Source: a virus
Lineage: Duplodnaviria; Caudoviricetes
Direction: 5' to 3' (one strand)
Virus record (IMG/VR): IMGVR_UViG_3300032330_001898
Span: 1-28,539 of that record
Length of the DNA stretch: 28,539 nt
Positions 10,301 to 18,400 of the stretch are shown in pieces. Every line of letters starts with the position of its first letter. Position 1 is the first letter of the stretch. A program made the translations under genes and the position numbers. The notes under the pieces were generated by a model, which saw only the letters and a program-made list of their open reading frames with translations, was not told the DNA's origin and made no database searches.

Positions 10301-11927
10301 AACGACTGTCTGATTTATACACATTTCCATCGGACAGAGATGTGGCAATTAGTCGCAATTCTCTTACTTGATCCTTTACTAAATTTCCCAAAGTTCCGTC
10401 ACTATTTAGCGTTGGTGGTCTTGACCAAGATGTTGTTGACCAGGAGGACCCATTATAATAAAGAACTGCAATTCCATGAGCATCGAAGTCTGATGCTGAT
10501 AGAGTCACAGATGTTACGCTATTTAATGACCCGCTATAAATTCTTAAAGATCCAGCATTAAAAGATGCGTGAGACTGGTCAAGCTTGATTACTATTTTAT
10601 TTACAGATAAATATGTATCATAGATAGCTTGTAGGGAATTTGGCTCTGATGCCCAATTAGATGATATGTATAATTTAAACTTATTATCTTCATCTGGGAC
10701 AGCCGTGTATACAGGAAAAGTGCTTTCTCCATGATTGTCAGTTGCTCTTGTTAGGAAGCTTACAGGTTTTGCATTTTCATTTCCTCTTCGTCTTACCCTT
10801 GTATCTGAATATGGAATTAGTGGATGAAGTAATGCTTCTCCAGGTCTAGTTGGTAAAAAAGCAGATTGCGTTGGAAAAAGATGTTGGTTTCTAAAATCAA
10901 ACTCTGTAATTTTATACAAACTAAAATCGGTAACAAGAAGTTCTGCACCTTGGTGCTTTGCGGAAATATCTAGATTAAGGGCAAACTTTGAAAAATAATT
11001 ATTTGTATCTGACTCGTTTACGCCAAAGCACATTTCAACTTTTTGCCATCTTTCACAATTAACATCTATAGTGTTGGATAGTTTTGAAGGATTTGCATTA
11101 GTAGATTCAAAAACCTTGCAAGTTTGATAAACTGCAACAGTTTCTTGAGCATCATTATGCAATTCTATGGATGGAACAAGATTTATATTTGTATTAAAAA
11201 AATCATTATCTAAATACTGGGGAGTTTTAGTTTGATAATCTTTATATGAAGCTGTAGTAACTGCGTCAAGGAATAGGATCTCCCCCAAATTATTAGCTCT
11301 ATAAATTTTATACGCTGTTGCGTTATTTACATCATTCCATATTAAAGTATGCGTTGCTGTTGTTGAAGAAAGTATAGATGCTGAGTCATAATTATTTATA
11401 GTGTCTGGTCCAAAAGTTTGACCATTTGATCCAATAGAAACAATTCTGTAGTAATATGGAATTGATCCCGAACCATTGGTACTAATGGATACACTTGAGC
11501 CAGAAACAATATCTGGAGTTCCAGAAGTGGAAACCAAATTTCCAACCTTCACATAAAAAGATAACTTGTAATACCCATTACTGCCTGAGCTGGTAAGAGT
11601 AGAAAATGGTGATGTTGCAGATACATAAAAGTTTGCAGAACTTGAAGAGTCTGCAATGACAAGAGATATTGATGACCCACTTGAGTTTACATCTGTATTT
11701 CTACCATCGGAACTTTTTGCATTTATTGTTCCATCAGAATTTTTTGTCCAAGAAGTTACTTCATTCAGAGGTAAGGAAAGGGTATCTATTAATTCTGATG
11801 CAGAGCCAGATGTAGTGATTGATGGTTGTATAAAGGAGTTGTAATTCCATTCCCCCCATACTTGAGGAATGACTCCAATAGAGTTGGCAGAAGCAAATAG
11901 TTGTTGGGTTGACGCACTGCCTAGCAT
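7383..11927 (-). CDS. Large minor tail protein (baseplate hub/central fibre, 1514 aa)
   Basis: Second gene after the TMP. FN3-like segment (YYYRIVSIG...TLIWNDVNNATAYKIYRA); hub-like motifs (DEYGILRF; IRVFGNPLIQAGD...ITSVKSTYSGGL). Confidence 0.8.
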   Translation of the reverse strand: MLGSASTQQLFASANSIGVIPQVWGEWNYNSFIQPSITTSGSASELIDTLSLPLNEVTSWTKNSDGTINAKSSDGRNTDVNSSGSSISLVIADSSSSANFYVSATSPFSTLTSSGSNGYYKLSFYVKVGNLVSTSGTPDIVSGSSVSISTNGSGSIPYYYRIVSIGSNGQTFGPDTINNYDSASILSSTTATHTLIWNDVNNATAYKIYRANNLGEILFLDAVTTASYKDYQTKTPQYLDNDFFNTNINLVPSIELHNDAQETVAVYQTCKVFESTNANPSKLSNTIDVNCERWQKVEMCFGVNESDTNNYFSKFALNLDISAKHQGAELLVTDFSLYKITEFDFRNQHLFPTQSAFLPTRPGEALLHPLIPYSDTRVRRRGNENAKPVSFLTRATDNHGESTFPVYTAVPDEDNKFKLYISSNWASEPNSLQAIYDTYLSVNKIVIKLDQSHASFNAGSLRIYSGSLNSVTSVTLSASDFDAHGIAVLYYNGSSWSTTSWSRPPTLNSDGTLGNLVKDQVRELRLIATSLSDGNVYKSDSRLRVIELSPRLELDLSNYVTQVSCKKDLVSTQSSGLPFSYISANSGTIDFSNIPSYRSDNFGATTFENSSKKSAFYNLMRQGVKFTALLEPSSYETNLKETIPLFVMYSDSWTISDLDSVSVELYDISKLFMMGSDSMHYFAYDTDVVSVIKELLDYSGFSDYDYNGLYQLPEINAKVSGFWTDEQKTVFTNLQEFLLPNQIAASIDEYGILRFDSISQVFNKFGSKNFAADFAITDHLVTGIGSSSSNYIANIIPDSFSENISQKIGSIVVNYKTPLTFRSNVDKKNTATSLIKPKVNTVDAPHSVWKMKESDGLSQFFLNKSVLSTDDSLSVPIGSITTVKNADKTITTKIVNEGSFVGSRRTPAKMSGDLIIGSEIVGYSGIEYVIVDSANKANSVTKTIYDLSDLDSAISDFQIYNTSASFGSTSSVQFQPTGKLMNVVRGKYGTTPESHIVPTVTAETPFRFFSAMPGNSVLNNIKVYKATQSIGKHKEAPQGILKISTSYTNSLSIAQVKTKKQSDFDFFSLNFAVDEGGGNNVTGYINTTTQEQISVSAYSKLTQHQKTKYKKKKELRPNDSAFGMIFNTASAAGVTQTGALCIEIQQITGSGDTTNKIVAYKLSSPSKLLIDEKIDFSKFYGHNAYSPNLFDGDPHSFNVFFHGKYIVVSIDGYTKKYDLAGANETFTPAQKLSFGAYIRPLESSAQTLLIYELYAANYKEKDLDHNVNRHFTSMRYLNSLVEKVHEPYSYFQYASPPLARGINFYDVKLESAPIFTQAPKTVTIQKIAYNNPGSDWTTLQPVKKTDISYSTPKGSAFQQKFVLAHDGPIGQGLVILNTGDSQSGDISTSLNLLANNMYLSEQKTLTRVIDSNYTNNTISLTMDWARDINQVEKTLSNIIRANSGFNIDYSIRVFGNPLIQAGDFGQITYNLKRLGSDPSDSSITPLVGLITSVKSTYSGGLDSTELTFKPMIIS

Positions 11928-12460
11928 TAAATCTCCGTAAATTCCATCTTGATGTCAACGAGGTCTGTTAGCGTATAACGCTTAGTAATGTCGTAACTAA
12001 AACTAGTTATGTAGCATGTCATGGTTTCTCCAGTCGAACTTGGAGATGGGTAAAAGGAACTGGCAGAATTTTTAGTATAGTCATCTATAGAGTGGGTAAT
12101 TTTTAATACAATTGGCTTAAAAACATTTTGTTCATAAAATGATTTAACCCAAGCACCACCCTTATAACCATCTGCAGTAATTGTATTTCCTCCCCAAGCA
12201 GCTGATGCTGGAATTCCGCTTTTTACAGGATAATATGGCTTTTCTGTTCCCGAAACTAATTGACTCCAAGATACATTAACCTTTCTTTTTCTAGCAACAA
12301 CAAACTTTCTCATCGTTCCATCTGCCATTCTGTTAGATTTTTCAATAATTTCATTATCGATGGTGATTGGTTGTCTATTATGATCGGTTAGAAAATAAAA
12401 TGTAGTGGATGCAGATTGTGTGGCAACAGCCAAACCAGCAGATGCTGAATAATAAGGCAT
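11927..12460 (-). CDS. Distal tail (Dit-like) minor tail protein (177 aa)
   Basis: Immediately follows the TMP with a TAATG overlap; RMADGTMRKFVVARKRKVNVSW and a terminal MEFTEI. Confidence 0.75.
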   Translation of the reverse strand: MPYYSASAGLAVATQSASTTFYFLTDHNRQPITIDNEIIEKSNRMADGTMRKFVVARKRKVNVSWSQLVSGTEKPYYPVKSGIPASAAWGGNTITADGYKGGAWVKSFYEQNVFKPIVLKITHSIDDYTKNSASSFYPSPSSTGETMTCYITSFSYDITKRYTLTDLVDIKMEFTEI

Positions 12461-15400
12461 TATCTCATACTCCCCATGTTTCTACTTGTTGTCAAAGCGT
12501 TCTGTTGTCTTTGAATTGCCTTAATTACTGTTTGGGCAATATCGTCTGCGCTTGCATTAGTGTTCGCAGTTACATTAATATTATACACTGAATTGTCACT
12601 AAATGAGGTATTATTATTATCTCCTACAGACCCGCCAACTGCGTAATTTCTTGCAAGACCGCCAGTTGCAAATTTTTTATTATTAATTGAATCTAATAAT
12701 TGTGTCCCGTATTGTGAAACTGCGGATGCTTTAACCACATACTCTCCATTAGAAAGCATTGCTGGAATCATATCTGATGTTGGACCACCTGGACCAGAGA
12801 TATATCCTCCAGTTGCATACTTGCCCTTACCTTGTGTAAATTTGCCTTTAGGCTGTCTAGTTGAAAATTCGGGCGGAGAAATTTGAGTTTGGTACCAACC
12901 TACACCTTCCCAGTTATCCTCAGTCACTTCGTTTGGCTTGGGATCACTCCACCTTCCCGTTTTTGTATCTTTATAAACCCAAGTTTTTCCATTTGCTACA
13001 ACCGTAGCCCCACCCTTTGGAGTTACAGAAGTTTTGTTTATTGCTGCAAGTCCAGCTTGTTTAAGAGCTTTATCTGCGTCCATACCACCCATCATTAATG
13101 CTAAAGCAACCTGCCTTTGGAATCCATCCTTTACACCTACAAGTGCTTTATTAATTACCGTTGCATTATCTACAATTTTTTGGAAGTTTCCATCTTTATC
13201 TATATTTGCAAATGCGGTGTCTACTTCTCCAGCTGTTAATCCAGCTTTATGTAATGCTCCTCGTAAAGTTTTTTCATCTGTAATTTTTCCATTAGCAACA
13301 TCATCTCTAACTGCCTCTATTGCTTTTTCTGCTGTTTCTCCAAAGTTTGTAGATTTATCTGCAGTGTCATCAAACTTTGTTTGTGCGGTATTTAATTTTT
13401 CATTTAATGTATCAATCACTCCATTTGCTTTATCTATAGCACTTTGAAGATTTGCAATTCTCTTCTGATCTGATTCATCTTTAGCTTGCTTTTCTTTTAA
13501 TTCTCTTTCATTTTTTAATTCTTTGTTGTAGGCATTTTGAGCAAGTGCCAACCCAATTAAATCTCCAGAAGCTTGAGCTTCATTAACATTTTTAGCAAGA
13601 TTGTCCAATGTTTGTTGTTGTTGAATACCTTCTTGTTTTTTATCCCACAATTTTTGTCTAGCGTCAATTTCTTTTTGAATTGCATTAATTCCATTTTGCT
13701 GAGATTTAATAAAATTGTTTTGAGCTTTAATTTGATTATTAATTTGAGTTGTAGTATCCTTCAAAGCTTTTTGCTTTGTTTTTGCCCAGTTTTCATCCTT
13801 TTTATACATTCTATCAATGAATGGTTGTGCTCCAATTTGAACTGATTGAGCAGCCGAAGCTAAATCTGTTACTGCAGTTAACATTTTTAGATTTTTTGTT
13901 AGATACTCTGCTTGACCTGCTGTCATTTTAAAACCGTTTGCAGCCAATACATCTACTTTAGCAATAGTGCTTAATTGTGCTCCAGATTTAAAAAGATGAG
14001 AGTTGAGCGTTGCTAAACTTGGATTTGTTGCACGAACTTGATTATTAAACTGATTAAATGCCACTCCACTATTATTAATTTTATTTAAATTACCAGAAGT
14101 AAAAGCTTTTGATAGTTGAGATGAAAATGTTTTTATATCTGTTGTTGTTGATGCTTGAAACAACACATTTGCTCCCGCATTTTTATTCTGATCAGTTCTT
14201 CCAAGTAGGGATGAAAGTTCATTTCCAGTTCTTCCTTTTCCAGCTGGATCAAATTCTTTTGATGATAAAATTGATCCTTGCTGTGCTAGATCCATTCCAG
14301 ATGCCTTCATCCAGGCTTTTACAGCTTGTGTTGCTTTTGCCTGACTTCCTGTAGACATAAGAGTTGATTGGAAAACATCTTTTAGTTGACTTGTTTTTTG
14401 AGTTTGGTCTCCTTCTTTTAGATTCTTTAGTGCGTTTTGCGTTTCAGCATCACCCGCACCCTTAATTGAATCTGCCAAGGCATTAATTATTTTTTGCATT
14501 TTGTCAATTGGTTTTTGCAGACCATTACTTGCTAAAACTGTTGCACTGGAGAAATCGCCAATTCTTACTCCCAGTATTTTTAATGCGTCTGTGCTAGTTG
14601 TAGTTGACACGCTAATTGCATCTGCTGCTTGCTTGGCTTCTGCTTTTGTTTTAGCCATATACGATGTTACGCCACCAAAAATTGCTCCAGCTGCACCTGC
14701 AACAATAGCCCCTTCTGGACCAAGCATTGCTCCCATCGAACCCCATTGTGTAGCAGTATTTACTGCACCCTTAGCTATTTGATTATCGCCAACAATTTTA
14801 TTGGCAATTCCACTAATAATTGGAGCTGCTACTTGTGCAGCCATCATTCCGCCCATACTAAATCCAGGACTTCCTGTCATACCCGTCAGACCCTTTGCCT
14901 TACTCAAAAGGTTGCCCATCTTGCTTGGCTTTTCATATTTTGGAACTAATCCACGCTGATCTTGACCCTCTGGCTCTAATGGATTTGGGGCACCAAAAAT
15001 CCATTTCTTTTTGTCAGCATCAGATAGTTTTCTTACCTGCCCTTGAAGACTTGTATCTCTAGTTGGAATTGAATCTTTTACCTTTTGTTTTCTTTCTTTT
15101 ATTGCCTCTTTTGCTGATTGTGCTGTTGCACCTGAAGTTGCTCTAATGCTAGTTGCTAAATCTTGTAGTCCTACCTCTGCTTTAACAACTTGCTGCCTCA
15201 TAGCATCAATTGGGGTAGTGATAGAATCCACTCCATCTTTAAATGCTTTTGCACTTACAGTAATTTGAGCAACAATTTTAGTAGGATCTGTTTCTCTTGT
15301 TTGTCCACGATTTGCTTTTGACCTTTCGGCACCTGCTGCCATTTGCATACCAGTAGTTAGTGGACCAAAGAGTTTATTAACAATCCCCCCAAACAATGTT

Positions 15401-18400
15401 TCTTTTCCTGGCTCTCCAGAGCCTGTAGCAAATCTTGGAGCAGCATTCCAGTTTAAGTGATGTAAGAGTCCTCCATATTGCTTTGCTGCATTCTTATTAA
15501 CAACAAATTCTCCTGGCTCAAGCATGGCGGGTACTCTATCTCCGTTTCCGCTTCCTGGAACCCAAGGACTTCCGCCTTGTTGAAGTTTCTTTGTTTTAAT
15601 TCCTGTTGGATCAAACCAGGCTGCAACATTATGTGGATCTCCATGTGTGGCTAATCCTCCTGTATGCACTAGTCCTGTATAACCATTTTGTAACAAAGAT
15701 TTTCTAAGAACATCATTATTTTCAAATATTTCAGTTCTTCTGTATCCTATTGCTGGTTTTCCATGACGACCCAGCATTCCTTCTTGATAAACAAAACCAT
15801 CCGCATAGGTATTATAGAATTTATGTGGGGCTTTTCTTGCTTTTAATTCTTTTAACTTTCTAATATCTTCTTCGGAGGCACCTTCAAAATTCCCAGCCCT
15901 ATAATTCATTTCTATTGTTCGACCAATTCTGAGAATTTTTGCTTCTTCTCTTTTTGCATGAACTGCATCAAGTGCTATCTGTTCTACAGGGTTTTTTGAT
16001 TTTAAAGGAATTTTTTTGGAATTATTATATCTATCCAAAGCACGATTAAATTCTAATGGGCTACCTCCAATTTTAGCGAGACTATTACTAACTAAATCTT
16101 GACGAGCTTGAAATTTTTTCAGTTCTGACTCAAGGGATCTATCTCCATATGGAGTACTCCAAGCTATGTCTCTTAAAGCATATTCGTAATCATTATGGAA
16201 TTTAGCTGCTCTTGGATCTTGAATTTTTAATCTATTTCTTCCGCCCTTCATAAAGTTCATATAAATAGATCTAAACAAACTTGAACTCTGAGTCATGATG
16301 CTTGGACCACCCTCAAGCAAATTTATAAGCTTTCTTTGTTGATCTGGAATATTAGATACCATTTTTACTCCAGCACGATCATACTGGCTTGCTATTTTCT
16401 GACTTGATGTTGTAAAGAAATCTCCCTGGAACCAATTATCTTGAACAGCACCTCTAGAACCTAATTCTGATGGTAGTGCACCAGTTTTATCTCCGTGATA
16501 TAGTGGACTACCTAAAATGTCATCAGGGGTTACTGGAATAAATTCACGACCTGGACTTTCAGCACCCATTCTTTGTGCTCTTTTTCCTATAATTTGTTCA
16601 AATGGTGTTTTTACTCCACCCTTAACTAATTTTTGAATTCCACCTTTTTGATGACCTTGTACATGGAATATTGGCTTTCTTGTTTTTAAGTCTGAAGAAA
16701 TTCCAGTAATATTACCACTGGTTGCACCAAGAAGAATTTCGTTTAGCAGGGTTTTGTAGTTTCCAATCTTTCCATAAGAAATATCTCTTCCTATTGTTTT
16801 ATCCCCAGAAATAAGTCGGAAGAATGCTCCCATAGCACCTTCTGGACCTAACCTACTTGACTTTAATTGTCCGTCTGGACCAGCAATCTTCTTTGCATAC
16901 TGAATTCTATCCATCTCGTGCAAAATAAATCTATAGATTCCCATAAACCCATAAGGACCAGAACCTTCGTCACGCATTGATGACCAAGATGTTACACTAC
17001 TAAAATCAACTTCTTTGCCAAAAATATCATCATAGTTACCACTTCTTACTGCATCCATTAACATTTTTTGTTGTTTGCTTGGCAATTCGTAAGATACTCC
17101 TGGATTGAGAACTGTTGCTCTCATCATGTCCTGCTTGCCTCTTGAAATAGGTCTCATAAGGTCAAGGAGTGGTTGCTTATTTAGTTTATCTCTTTTTCCC
17201 CACCATTCTCCATTAATCCATGCGGATATTCCAGCACTAAACATTTCTTCTGGAGAAATATCTGAATCGTAGAACTTGCCTCTTTTATCTGGAGGAACCT
17301 CATCTCCACTTTGGAATCCACGAATTGTTCCGCCACGCTTTTTCATATTAAGAACATATGGAAGATTTCTTACCCATTCTGGGTATAAGTGTTTTCCGCC
17401 CATATATCTATCTGGTGGTATCCATGCCTGAGAAATAGATTCTAAAATTGGTTCTCCTGGATTTGCAAGCCATTCTTTTTCCATAAGTTTTGTTCCACGA
17501 TATTTTCCTCCTGGATTAGCAGAAGTTATATCTAGCATTGGTGTTCCAGCACCAAATAGTCTTTGGAAAATTACATCTCTTGGCTTCATGCCCATTGGTG
17601 ACAATGCTTTTTGTGATTCAATTTGCATTTCAAGCATTCTTTGCTTGGCTTGTCTAAGTTTTTCTATATTTTCTGGAGTAAGGTCTTCAGCTGACTTGAA
17701 CACAGAATTTCTTTTTACAAGTTGCTCTCTAGCAAATTTAGCTGTTTCTTTGTCTGGACTTTGCAAATTTGCTACAAAACGCTCCAAATTTTCTATCTCT
17801 GACTGAGCGTTAGATACCATATTTCCTGCTTGACGCATTTTGAGCGGGTAATCATGGAATTCACGAGCCATTAACCATTCTGGTCCCCATTCAGTATATG
17901 CAGATGGTCTACCATTTAAAGTAAACTTGCTTCCAAGTATTGATTCATAGTTTCCAGATTCAAGTGCTTTTAATATAGCAATTTGTTGAGCATCTGGCAT
18001 TTCTCCAGGAACTCCCAGCATTGACTTTCTTCTCAGGGTCATTGCTTGTTTAATTGGAGTAAAGAAACGTAATAATGCTTCTAGTTTGTCTGGATAATTT
18101 CTAATGCCTTTTGGACCCTGTTGCCAAGTGTTTGCCAATTCCTGTAGGTTATACTCATCATCTTTAGTTCCTTGTGCAAGATGTTGAATACCGCCACGCT
18201 GTTTCATATTTAATACATATGGGAATAGGTTATTTTCAATTGCATGTTGATACGCTCTTTGACCACCAAGCATTTTATTTGGTGGAAACCATGCTTGAGA
18301 AACAGATTCTATTGTTGGATTTCCTGGACCAGTAATCCATTCTCTTTCCATAAGTGGAATGCCCCGATATTTTTCATTAGGGTTGACTGCGGAAATATCC

